The position numbers were made by a program, and so were the translations under genes. A stretch of DNA of 64,000 nucleotides, from contig CBDFFH010000015.1 of assembly GCA_965246715.1 (NCBI GenBank), positions 64,001 to 128,000 of the forward strand, read 5' to 3'. This document shows positions 10,141 through 19,391 of the stretch, piece by piece; the first letter of the stretch is position 1; each line of letters begins with the position of its first letter. Below the pieces are notes generated by a model. That model did no database searches, was not told where the DNA came from, and saw only the letters and a program-made list of their open reading frames with translations. Source of the DNA: Chamaesiphon sp. (GTDB lineage Bacteria > Cyanobacteriota > Cyanobacteriia > Cyanobacteriales > Chamaesiphonaceae).

Positions 10141-11265
10141 ATGTTTGATTGTATTATTGTCGGAGCTGGGCCTGGTGGGGGCAGTGCAGCCTACCATCTC
10201 GCCAAACAAGGGAGATCGGTATTAATTCTAGACCGAGATGTTTTACCTCGGTATAAACCCTGCGGTGGGGGTGTTTCACCCGCGATCGCTCAGTGGTTTG
10301 ACTTTGATTTTAGTCCCGCAATTTCTTGCGAGGTAGACACCTTACGTTACACCTGGAATCTCGAAGACCCCGTCGATGTCAAACTCGAACACCAACAGCC
10401 GATCTGGATGGTGCGCCGCGATATCTTCGACCATTTCCTCGTCCAACAAGCCCAAAGGCAAGGTGCCGAACTACGCGATAATACCGAAGTCACCGGGATC
10501 GAATTTAAAGTCGATCACTGGCAAGTCAATACGGCAACTGGTAGCTTTGAAGGTAAATATTTAATTGCTGCTGACGGTGCCAAAGGCAAGATGGCAACCT
10601 GGTTGGGTTTCAAAGATCGCAAACGCCGACTGGCTGGAGCATTGGAAGTAGAAGCTCCCGCCGAAAATGTGGCAAAAGTAATTAATTTTGAATTTGGGTT
10701 GGTCAAAAACGGTTATATTTGGAACTTCCCCAAAGCCGATGGTTACTCGATCGGGATCGGCACTTTCAAAGGTGGCGAAGCACAAGATTTCAAAAAAATC
10801 CTCGATGTCTATGCCCAAGGAGCCTTTGGGGTAAATATCAATAACTTCAAACAATACGGCCATCCCTTGTGTCTGTGGGATGGGGATCAAAAACTCCATA
10901 CCCAAAACGCACTGCTAGCTGGGGAAGCAGCTTGTGTGGTCGATCCGATGACTGCCGAAGGTATTCGACCCTCGATTTTTTCGGGCATCAAAGCGGCTGA
11001 ATCGATCCACGCTGCACTCGGGGGCACGACAAATGCGCTCGAAAAGTATAGTGAAGTAATGGCTACTGAATGGGGTGCGGATATGAAATGGGCGCAGCGT
11101 CTGGCTGCGGCTTTTTATCAGTTTCCCAAAGTCAGTTATAAAGCGGCAGTCAAACGTCCTTCAGCTAGTATGACCATGGCAAAAGTCCTAGCTGGCGAAC
11201 TCAGCTATTCAGCGATCGCGGGTAAAGCGATTAAAAAGCTCAGTGGCAGCGTATTCGGCAGATAA
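10141..11265 (+). CDS. Geranylgeranyl reductase family FAD-dependent oxidoreductase
   Basis: IVGAGPGG, RYKPCGGG, IAADGA, LLAGEAACVVDPMTAEGI. Confidence 0.85.
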   Translation: MFDCIIVGAGPGGGSAAYHLAKQGRSVLILDRDVLPRYKPCGGGVSPAIAQWFDFDFSPAISCEVDTLRYTWNLEDPVDVKLEHQQPIWMVRRDIFDHFLVQQAQRQGAELRDNTEVTGIEFKVDHWQVNTATGSFEGKYLIAADGAKGKMATWLGFKDRKRRLAGALEVEAPAENVAKVINFEFGLVKNGYIWNFPKADGYSIGIGTFKGGEAQDFKKILDVYAQGAFGVNINNFKQYGHPLCLWDGDQKLHTQNALLAGEAACVVDPMTAEGIRPSIFSGIKAAESIHAALGGTTNALEKYSEVMATEWGADMKWAQRLAAAFYQFPKVSYKAAVKRPSASMTMAKVLAGELSYSAIAGKAIKKLSGSVFGR

Positions 11266-11270
11266 ATTCG

Positions 11271-11328
11271 ATCGCTTTAAAAAAGGTAGGGGTAATTCAT
11301 GAATTACCCCTACCTTTTTTAAAGCGAT
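11271..11328. repeat. Perfect 58-bp palindrome with GTAG-type REP core; likely acts as a bidirectional terminator
   Basis: atcgctttaaaaaaggtaggggtaattca|tgaattacccctaccttttttaaagcgat between convergent genes. Confidence 0.85.
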
Positions 11329-11488
11329 AAATCTAATCATTCTGTTTTCAATCTAATTGACTTTTGGCTAGCTTGCGCTTGAAGACACTACCAGAGCCTA
11401 TACCAAACAGCGTACCCAAAATCGCCAAGAGTTCGGGCACAGAAGTTGCGGCAGCATTAACAGTACCTACATAGAGATTCCTTATCTC

Positions 11489-12364
11489 CTATCCAGCACT
11501 TGAAGACACAACCATCGAACCAGTCCCACTATCAGTAAAGATTTCCAATAGCAGCGAGTGTGGCAAGCGACCATCGATAATATGTGCCGCCCTGACCCCT
11601 TGAGCCAGCGAACGCACACAGCAGGTGAGCTTGGGAATCATCCCCCCACTGACGGTACCATCCTCGATCAGCGTGCGCGCCCCTGGAATATCCAATTGCC
11701 GAATCAAGGTATCGGGATCTTTAAAATCGCGCATCAACCCAGGCGTATCGGTTAAGAGAATTAATTTTTCAGCGCCGAGTGCGGCGGCAATTTCACCAGC
11801 GACGGTATCGGCGTTGATATTATATGCCTGTCCGTTTTCGTCAGCAGCAACACTAGATACGACCGGGATATAGCCACTTTTGACTAGAGTATTGAGAATG
11901 TCTACATTAACATTACTTACTTCACCGACAAATCCGATCCCTTCGCGTCCGTCGGGACGTGCCACGATCAGATTGCCATCCTTACCGCACAATCCAACGG
12001 CCTTGCCACCTGCCTGATTAATCAACGCCACAATTTCTTTATTGACTCGCCCGACCAAAACCATTTCAACTACATCCATCGTGGCCGCATCGGTAACACG
12101 TAAGCCATCTTTGAATTGAGGTTCGATGTTAAGTTTTTCGAGCCAACTATTGATTTCTGGCCCACCACCATGAACTAAGACAGGACGAATGCCAACGCAA
12201 GACATAAAAACTAGATCGCGAATCACTCGATCTTTGAGACTGCTATCCTTCATCGCCGCACCGCCATATTTGACGACTACCGTACGTCCGGCAAATTTTT
12301 GGATGTAGGGTAAGGCTTCACTGAGTACCCGCACGCGGGTGGCATCTTCACTGGAATGACTCAT
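11489..12364 (-). CDS. argB: Acetylglutamate kinase
   Basis: [36 protein letters not shown]. Confidence 0.97.
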   Translation of the reverse strand: MSHSSEDATRVRVLSEALPYIQKFAGRTVVVKYGGAAMKDSSLKDRVIRDLVFMSCVGIRPVLVHGGGPEINSWLEKLNIEPQFKDGLRVTDAATMDVVEMVLVGRVNKEIVALINQAGGKAVGLCGKDGNLIVARPDGREGIGFVGEVSNVNVDILNTLVKSGYIPVVSSVAADENGQAYNINADTVAGEIAAALGAEKLILLTDTPGLMRDFKDPDTLIRQLDIPGARTLIEDGTVSGGMIPKLTCCVRSLAQGVRAAHIIDGRLPHSLLLEIFTDSGTGSMVVSSSAG

Positions 12365-12451
12365 GGATTACTCGATCGGTGACTATCGATCGATTGTAAA
12401 ACATTCAGTACAACTACTTAGGTACCAAATTTAGCTAATTTCACTTAAATT

Positions 12452-12841
12452 ATGACCGAACTCACCACGTTTACCGGCGGTTGTCACTGTGGCGCAGTCC
12501 GCTATCGCGTTTTGCTCGAACAACTTACAGCTACCGAGTGTAATTGCTCGATCTGCCAGAAAAAAGGGTTCATTCATGTCATCGTGCCAGCGTTGCGGTT
12601 TACCCTCCTCCAGGGCACAAACGACCTCAGCACCTACACCTTTAATACGGCTACCGCCAAACATCATTTTTGCCGCCACTGCGGGATTCACTCCTTTTAT
12701 CGACCCCGATCGCATCCAGACGGCTACGATATCAATCTTCGCTGTTTAGATGCTAATCCAATCGATCGATTCGAGATTACCACCTTTGATGGTGCCGATT
12801 GGGAAAATCAGATCGATCTGATTCAGGGACGGTATTCATGA
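12452..12841 (+). CDS. GFA/CENP-V family zinc-binding protein
   Basis: GGCHCGAVRY, CNCSIC.KKG, HHFC..CGI.SFY.PRSHPDG. Confidence 0.9.
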   Translation: MTELTTFTGGCHCGAVRYRVLLEQLTATECNCSICQKKGFIHVIVPALRFTLLQGTNDLSTYTFNTATAKHHFCRHCGIHSFYRPRSHPDGYDINLRCLDANPIDRFEITTFDGADWENQIDLIQGRYS

Positions 12842-12997
12842 GCGGATGCTCCGCAAGAGAGCGTCGACGCTCTCTTGCCTACTTCCAACCTGAGTTCGAT
12901 GAGGCGTAGCCAACGACAGAAAGACTCTTGGCAAGTTTTAAGGAAGTTACGATAGTTCTGATTGCTGTTGGAGCTGAAGTATATACAGAATTAACTA

Positions 12998-13341
12998 ACG
13001 TGAGTTCGGGTTAAGGATATTTGCTTCGTTCAAGCACCGCACTCGATTGTGTCTTGTCGCGCTAAACCCTCGGCAAAGCCGAGGAGCGCGCGCCGCAAAT
13101 CGGTGCTAATAGTGCAAAGTCCGGTTGTTGCCGCGAGCGGCAAAAGCCTGCCTTCGCGGACTAATTATCTAGTCCGCGAAGCGAAAAGTGCGGTCTTGGG
13201 GTTTCCCCAAGTAGAGCACCTTTTCAAGACAGCGACGCGCGCTCCTCGGGTTCCCCGAGGGTTTAGCGCGTCAAGACAGGCGGACTTTGCATCATGAGCC
13301 GAGACTTCAGTCTCCAGGCTATTCTTATGCCGAACTGACGT
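12998..13341 (+). mobile_element. 344-bp MITE with IS982-type terminal inverted repeats, carrying nested hairpin inserts
   Basis: Ends ACGTGAGTTCGGGTTAAG...CTTATGCCGAACTGACGT; 6-bp direct repeat TAACTA on both sides; near-identical inverted copy at 30302-30645. Confidence 0.88.
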
Positions 13342-13376
13342 TAACTATTCTTAATCCTATTCAACAAAAGATTTTA

Positions 13377-14812
13377 GGCTCTTCACTAGTTAGTATGCCA
13401 AATTAATGATTGAAGTGCCAATTAAGCAAGCATCTATTTCGGAAATTCTCAAAATTAGTAAATCCATATGCTGAACGTTTGATTAGTTTTAGCTTGTTAT
13501 TAATTCCCTCCACTACTCCACTAGTTGTTCCATTGTCAAAATAAGCCAGTATTTCATCAAACCATCGATAAATTGTCCCTTGACTTTTGACAAAATATTT
13601 TTGAGCTTTTGACAGCCATTCCCCTAAGCCTAGTAATCCCTCATTCCAGCTTTCCTTTTTCTCAAATATTTCTCGAAAATCCTCTTTCAATTGATGCATT
13701 TTTCCGAGCTGACTTGATACATTTTTTACCTGAGCTAGCTTGTCTTTCTGTTCTTCATTTAAGTCTTCTTCGTTTTTCAATATTGGATACTTACTATTAG
13801 TTATTCCTGCTAATATAGCCGCTTTCTCCGCTTTTTCTTCTGGGGTTTTTGCTTGCTTTATTTCTGCTTCGATTTTTCGCTTCTCCTTCTTTCTTTCTCC
13901 ATCTAATTCTTGATTTATTTGTACCATTATATGGAATCGATCTGCTACTATCTGAGCTTTTGGCATCATTTCTATTGCTAGACTTTTATATCCCTGCCAT
14001 AAGTCTATGCTTACTTCTTCGATTCCTTCTAATACCTCTGACCCCCACTCTCTCAGGACTTTCTTAATTTCTTCTTTGGTTCTTCCCTCGATAATTGCCA
14101 ATAATTTAGAACGATCTATGTCTATTAATACTGCACAATATTTTCCCTGCCCTTTAATCAATGCTATTTCGTCTATCCCTAATCTTTTTAATCCTATTGG
14201 TTTTATTTTTGATAAATCTCCTGATGCATCCTTTAGCATTCTTTCTATTTCTTTCTCTGTTACCTTCCCCTTCTTCGCTACACTCCTAATGTCATCTGCT
14301 AATACTTCTTCTATTATCCGATCTGCTAATCTTTTCGTGTATCTTCTTCTTGACTTGACAAATTCTAATTCTTCGCTAAATGGTTTCTGGCATTTTTCGC
14401 AGTTGAATTGTCTTCTATTTATTTCTAAAAATACCGCTTGCCCTCCCCAATCCAAATCTTTGATTATTTGCCGATGGTTTTGGTGTAACTTGTCGCTTTT
14501 CAAACCACAGCGTTGGCAAACACTTATTTTTTCGCTCGACTCAACTCCTAAAATTATTCCAATTCCTTCATGTTGGTGCTTGGCATTTACTTTTACTCCC
14601 GCTAGATTTAGTACTTCTGTTAGTAGTTGTATTTCCTTTTTGGTGAGCATTTTCTTCTGGTTTGTCTCAAGATCGCTTTCAATTAGATTATACTTAATAA
14701 CAAAATGCCCCCAATGTCAATTATCACTCCACTTTTATGGCAATTTCACATATTGATTAATTTCTATTTGCCACATTTGCTATCGATCGAGCATACTAAG
14801 TAGTGAAGAGCC
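13377..14812 (-). mobile_element. ISL3-family insertion sequence
   Basis: TIRs GGCTCTTCACTAGTTAGTATGC / GGCTCTTCACTACTTAGTATGC (21/22); 8-bp target duplication AGATTTTA at 13369-13376 and 14813-14820. Confidence 0.95.
13403..14650 (-). CDS. ISL3-family transposase
   Basis: CxxC zinc finger, LGIDEIA, SIDLW, ADRFH, TSGVVEGINNKLKLIKRSAYGF. Confidence 0.95.
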   Translation of the reverse strand: MLTKKEIQLLTEVLNLAGVKVNAKHQHEGIGIILGVESSEKISVCQRCGLKSDKLHQNHRQIIKDLDWGGQAVFLEINRRQFNCEKCQKPFSEELEFVKSRRRYTKRLADRIIEEVLADDIRSVAKKGKVTEKEIERMLKDASGDLSKIKPIGLKRLGIDEIALIKGQGKYCAVLIDIDRSKLLAIIEGRTKEEIKKVLREWGSEVLEGIEEVSIDLWQGYKSLAIEMMPKAQIVADRFHIMVQINQELDGERKKEKRKIEAEIKQAKTPEEKAEKAAILAGITNSKYPILKNEEDLNEEQKDKLAQVKNVSSQLGKMHQLKEDFREIFEKKESWNEGLLGLGEWLSKAQKYFVKSQGTIYRWFDEILAYFDNGTTSGVVEGINNKLKLIKRSAYGFTNFENFRNRCLLNWHFNH

Positions 14813-15039
14813 AGATTTTACAGCTATTGAACTTTCCCAGCGACATTTACACCCGTTTTTCATTGCAATTTGACTACCCGCTCTAAAAATGAGCGAACCG
14901 TCAGTTATTTTGACAATAGAACAACTAGTGGAACAGTAGAAGTAATTAATAACAAACTCAAGCTAATTAAACGTTCGGCATATGGATTTACTAATTTTAA
15001 CAATTTCCGAAATAGATGCCTGCCGAATTGGCACTTCAA

Positions 15040-16566
15040 TCATTGATTTGACATACTAACTAGTGAAAAGCTACATTGCTTTAATCTGGCTAATAACACC
15101 ACAACTTCATCGATGACTTTAACCATGCTGGCTGTCGGTCGATCGTGTTGATTTAAAATAATGCTAAATACTAACGGTGGATATTTAGGTGAATTGACAT
15201 AACCAGATAGACTTACAACCCCACTCATACTTCCAGTTTTGGCTCTAACTATACCTTGAGCGATCGTGCCTTTGAGCCGATTTTTTAGACTACCGCTAAT
15301 ACCCGCAACGGGTAAAGAGTCGCGATAAACTTGCCCTTCTGGTAGTGTCGCCATCGCTGATAATACGCGCACAAAAGCTGTCGGCGCGACTAAATTATGT
15401 CTCGACAAACCCGAGCCATCTCTGAGTAAATACGCGTCGGGATTGACTCCCAGTTCGGTCAGGCGTTGTTTGACTAGGGCGATGCCCAAAGTACTCGTAT
15501 CTTCAGGACTAGTAAAATGTTGGGGATAAGTTCGGCCGATCGATCTCAGTAAAACTTCAGCATAGACATTATTACTTTGCTGATTTGTTTCCTTAATTAA
15601 TTCGCTAATTGGCGGGGAATCGATCGCGGCAATTTCCGGCAGAGATAAAATACTTTGTTCGGCTACCGTTCGCATCATTGCGACACCGATCCCCGCTGAG
15701 TTTAAATTTTGCCGAAATTCGCTCATAAAAGCTGCGGTAGGATCGATAACGGGGAGATCGAGTTGGATCGGCTGAGCGGTTGTGGCTAATTTACCTGTCA
15801 ATTTTAGTGCTGGTTTGCCAAATACCGCGATCGCATTGACGGAATTTTCTAAAGTTGATTCTACGGCGATCGTTTGATTATCGATTATCCAGTTGTATGC
15901 GCCGGGATTTTTCCAAGTATATTGCAATGGCATCCCGAGTCGTTGGGGACTGACAGTTAGAGTAGTAGCATTTTGACCGAGCATCAAACTATTAATTGCG
16001 GGTGCATAATCTGTCGATAAGTCGTCCCATTCCCAATCGCCATTAATTTGCTCGCCCCGAAAGTAACGATCGTCGAAACTAATCCGATCGATCTGACGTT
16101 CTCCACGCTGTTTTAATTGTTGTGCGAGCGATTGTAACCCCATCTTCGTCAAACTCGGATCGCCCCGACCAACTACTAATAAATTTGAAGTATTACCAGT
16201 ATTCGGGAGTCGATACACCGATGTCCGCAAGCGCGTCGCCGCTCCCAGATGGCGCAAGGCGACGGCAGTAGTAATTAACTTGACATTCGAAGCAGGAATG
16301 AATAAGCGATCGCCATCCCGATTATAAAGCTGTGTCGTCGCACCCAATGCCTGCACGACAATTCCCCACCGATACCGTCGCAATTGAGGTCGATCGATAA
16401 TCTCATTAATCGCTGTCGGGAGTTGACTGGGACAAATAGCTGGCAAAGTCGGACTATTCGGCACTGAGCTGGGCGACTGTGCGCGGACGGAAATTGCCAT
16501 CGACTGAATCGCTAACCAGCCACAGAGCGCAATGGCGCGATGGTAGTTAATTAATTTATGCTTCAT
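15040..16566 (-). CDS. dacB: D-alanyl-D-alanine carboxypeptidase/endopeptidase (PBP4, peptidase S13)
   Basis: FIPASNVKL (SxxK), SNN, DGSGLSR.N, AKTGS; signal peptide. Confidence 0.93.
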   Translation of the reverse strand: MKHKLINYHRAIALCGWLAIQSMAISVRAQSPSSVPNSPTLPAICPSQLPTAINEIIDRPQLRRYRWGIVVQALGATTQLYNRDGDRLFIPASNVKLITTAVALRHLGAATRLRTSVYRLPNTGNTSNLLVVGRGDPSLTKMGLQSLAQQLKQRGERQIDRISFDDRYFRGEQINGDWEWDDLSTDYAPAINSLMLGQNATTLTVSPQRLGMPLQYTWKNPGAYNWIIDNQTIAVESTLENSVNAIAVFGKPALKLTGKLATTAQPIQLDLPVIDPTAAFMSEFRQNLNSAGIGVAMMRTVAEQSILSLPEIAAIDSPPISELIKETNQQSNNVYAEVLLRSIGRTYPQHFTSPEDTSTLGIALVKQRLTELGVNPDAYLLRDGSGLSRHNLVAPTAFVRVLSAMATLPEGQVYRDSLPVAGISGSLKNRLKGTIAQGIVRAKTGSMSGVVSLSGYVNSPKYPPLVFSIILNQHDRPTASMVKVIDEVVVLLARLKQCSFSLVSMSNQ

Positions 16567-16727
16567 CAAAAAAGTTGGGGGTGAACGTGAGATTTTCCAA
16601 TAATATCGTTAGTCAGCAAAGCTGAGTCTAGGAGATTTTTCAGAGTGTGGATGAGTCAACAGCGATCGCAATCCAAGTAAGATAGAACCAACAACTTTTG
16701 GTGTCTCTTCCTACCCCTCTAATCCTG

Positions 16728-18326
16728 ATGCAGTTACCCGATTTAGATAAACTATCCCTGGCTAAACAAGTCGCTCAAATGGTTGTGGTGAGAGCATCTA
16801 GCCATTTATTCGACCATCAGATCCAGTATCCTGAATTTGGCGAACGCGATCGAGTGACACTGAAACATTGGATTGGCGATCTTGGTGTAGGTGGGGTAAT
16901 TTTTTGGGGTGGGAATGCAGGGGAATTGACGCTGCGGATCCAGCAATTGCAAGCTTGGGCGGAGTATCCTTTGCTCGTTGCTGCTGATATCGAAGAAGGC
17001 GTAGGACAAAGATTTGTAGGAGCTACCTGGTTTCCACCCCCAATGGCGCTAAATGCGATCGCGCGGACGGATTTACCCAAGGCGATCGAATATGCGCGGC
17101 AAATGGGGGCAATTACGGCACGGGAAGCACTGGCTGTCGGGATTAATTGGATTTTGGCTCCAGTAGTAGATGTCAATAACAACCCCGCCAATCCGGTAAT
17201 TAATATTCGTGCCTTTGGCGAAACGCCAGAAATTGTCAGCCAGTTGGCGACGGCATATATCCAAGGAGCGGCAGCTTATCCAGTGCTGACGTGCGCCAAA
17301 CATTTCCCCGGACATGGGGACACGGGCACCGATTCGCATTGGGCTTTGCCTGTAATAACACACGATCGCGCGCGATTGGACTCGATCGAGTTGCCCCCAT
17401 TTCGAGCGGCGATGCGGGCGGAGGTAGATAGTATCATGAGCGCCCATTTATTGATTCCCACCCTCGATCCGGAGTTACCGGCGACACTCTCACACCGGAT
17501 TTTAACGGAGGAATTGCGGGATAATTTAGGGTTTGAAGGATTAATCAGTACCGATGCGTTGGTGATGGGGGCGATTGCCGATCGCTATGGGGCGGATGAA
17601 GCGCCAGTAATGGCGGTGGCGGCTGGTTCGGATATTATTTTGATGCCTGTCAATCCTGAAATTGCAATTAAATCTGTCTGTGCGGCAGTGGCATCGGGAC
17701 GGCTGAGTGCGGAACGGATTAAGGCAAGCGTTGGGCGGATTTGGCGATCGAAACAGAAGTTATTTAGAGAGTGGAGTGGTGTTACCCTGACACAATCACC
17801 TGTAAATATTCCCCCCGGGACATTTATGACTCTTGCCCAACCGAGTTCGCTGGCGATGGCCGATCGAATGTTACAAGATTCGCTAGTTACTCAGGGAAAT
17901 TTTCCCCTTGCTCCAGTTCCAGGGCGAAATATTGTCGTGCTCGAAGAAATCCTCGACACTACCTTTCTCAGCCGTAGTACTCCAGCCGTCATTATACCCA
18001 GTAAGCTAGGTTATAAATTACAACTCATCAATCGCCATAGCTCATCGATCGATATCGCGCCTGACGAACCAGCGATCCTCCAATTATTTATTCGGACTAG
18101 TCCATTTTCTGGCGGATTGGGGATTACATCAGTAGCAAAACAATTATTTCAGCAATTGCTCGCTAACCAGCAGTTACAGGGATTGATTATCTATGGAAGT
18201 CCTTATTTATTGGCAGATTTTGCCCCACATTTACCATCAGAGGTGCCTTGTGTATTCTGTTACGGACAAATGGCGGCGGCACAATCGATCGCTTTAGGAC
18301 GGTTATTTGGTAGTAATGTAACCTGA
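16728..18326 (+). CDS. GH3 beta-N-acetylglucosaminidase (NagZ-like) with C-terminal domain
   Basis: ADIEEG, APVVDVNNNP.NPVIN.RAFG, KHFPGHGDTGTDSH, TDALVM; alternative upstream TTG at 16698; stop codon lies within a MITE end. Confidence 0.88.
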   Translation: MQLPDLDKLSLAKQVAQMVVVRASSHLFDHQIQYPEFGERDRVTLKHWIGDLGVGGVIFWGGNAGELTLRIQQLQAWAEYPLLVAADIEEGVGQRFVGATWFPPPMALNAIARTDLPKAIEYARQMGAITAREALAVGINWILAPVVDVNNNPANPVINIRAFGETPEIVSQLATAYIQGAAAYPVLTCAKHFPGHGDTGTDSHWALPVITHDRARLDSIELPPFRAAMRAEVDSIMSAHLLIPTLDPELPATLSHRILTEELRDNLGFEGLISTDALVMGAIADRYGADEAPVMAVAAGSDIILMPVNPEIAIKSVCAAVASGRLSAERIKASVGRIWRSKQKLFREWSGVTLTQSPVNIPPGTFMTLAQPSSLAMADRMLQDSLVTQGNFPLAPVPGRNIVVLEEILDTTFLSRSTPAVIIPSKLGYKLQLINRHSSSIDIAPDEPAILQLFIRTSPFSGGLGITSVAKQLFQQLLANQQLQGLIIYGSPYLLADFAPHLPSEVPCVFCYGQMAAAQSIALGRLFGSNVT

Positions 18327-18580
18327 GTTCGGGATAAGGAAAATCGATTTGCTCCGTTCGAGCACCGCCCTGAACTATAAGTTCGGGCTAATAGCAAAAG
18401 TTCGTTGAAACGAACTAGACAATTTGGTAGTTCTCTTCAGAGAACTTTTGCTATCAGCCCCTGCTTGGTGCGCTAAACCCTCGGGAAACCCGAGGAGCGC
18501 GCATCCGCAAATTCATTTGAGGGCGGTGTAGCAACGAAGCTAGGAGTCATCGATCGTTAATCCTTAACCCGAAATCACCT
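18321..18580 (+). mobile_element. ~260-bp MITE with IS982-type ends (second subfamily)
   Basis: ACCTGAGTTCGGGATAAGGA...TCCTTAACCCGAAATCACCT; homologous to 28216-28466; no clear target duplication. Confidence 0.75.
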
Positions 18581-18583
18581 TAT

Positions 18584-19183
18584 TTACTCTTCGGCGCGGA
18601 CACCGGTAAAGTATGCTGGCTCGTTACCCGGAATCCATTTGATGTTACAGCCGATGCTGGGGCGTTGATTGGGATTTACCGCTTTACCTGCCAACAGTAA
18701 CTCGATCGCGTGGCGTAAATCTTGCCCCGTGACTGGTTTACCATTAGAAGGACGACTATCATCTAATTGTCCGCGATAAGCTAATGCGCGATCGCTGTCG
18801 AATAAAAAGAAATCTGGCGTACAAGCAGCAGTATAAGCCTTTGCCACGGCTTGATCCGGGTCGTAACAGATCGGGAAATCGAACCCTTCGTCGCGAGCCA
18901 GTGCTTGTTGGTGTTCTGGTGCATCATCGGGATACTTCTCGATATCGTTCGGGCTGATGGCGACGATGCCCAAACCTTCAGCTCCGTAATCTTTGCCGAT
19001 TTGAGCGAGTTGGCTTTGGACGTGTTTGACAAACGGGCAATGAACTGAAATAAACATTACCAATAATGCTTGCTTGTCAGTAAAGGTGTTTAGCGAAACT
19101 GACTTACCACTGACAACATCAGTGAGGTGAAAATCTGGCGCACTCATGCCCAGAGGTAGCATTGTGGATGCAGTCCGTACCAT
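18584..19183 (-). CDS. Thioredoxin-like AhpC/TSA family protein
   Basis: APDF.L, MFISVHCPFVKH, AACTPDFFLF, YRGQLDDSRP, SIGCNIKW. Confidence 0.9.
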   Translation of the reverse strand: MVRTASTMLPLGMSAPDFHLTDVVSGKSVSLNTFTDKQALLVMFISVHCPFVKHVQSQLAQIGKDYGAEGLGIVAISPNDIEKYPDDAPEHQQALARDEGFDFPICYDPDQAVAKAYTAACTPDFFLFDSDRALAYRGQLDDSRPSNGKPVTGQDLRHAIELLLAGKAVNPNQRPSIGCNIKWIPGNEPAYFTGVRAEE

Positions 19184-19391
19184 GACGATCTATTCCTGTT
19201 GGATAAAGCTAACGTTTATCAGCGTAGCTCAATCTGCACTAACTATTGCGGGTTACAGCGACTCGTGAGTCCGATCGATTCTCTGGGATTGTTGATGTAT
19301 AGATATGACAATCGACGCTTCTCGATCGGCGAGGCCGAGCCAACGAGATACAATAGCGATCGAGTTAGCTATTTCAAGACACGATCGAGTT

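Noticed and set aside
13049..13297. 82-aa ORF, duplicated at 30346-30594
   Set aside because: Lies entirely within the hairpin-rich MITE; duplication reflects the repeat, no protein motif
14007..14756. 249-aa plus-strand ORF
   Set aside because: Antisense shadow of the ISL3 transposase
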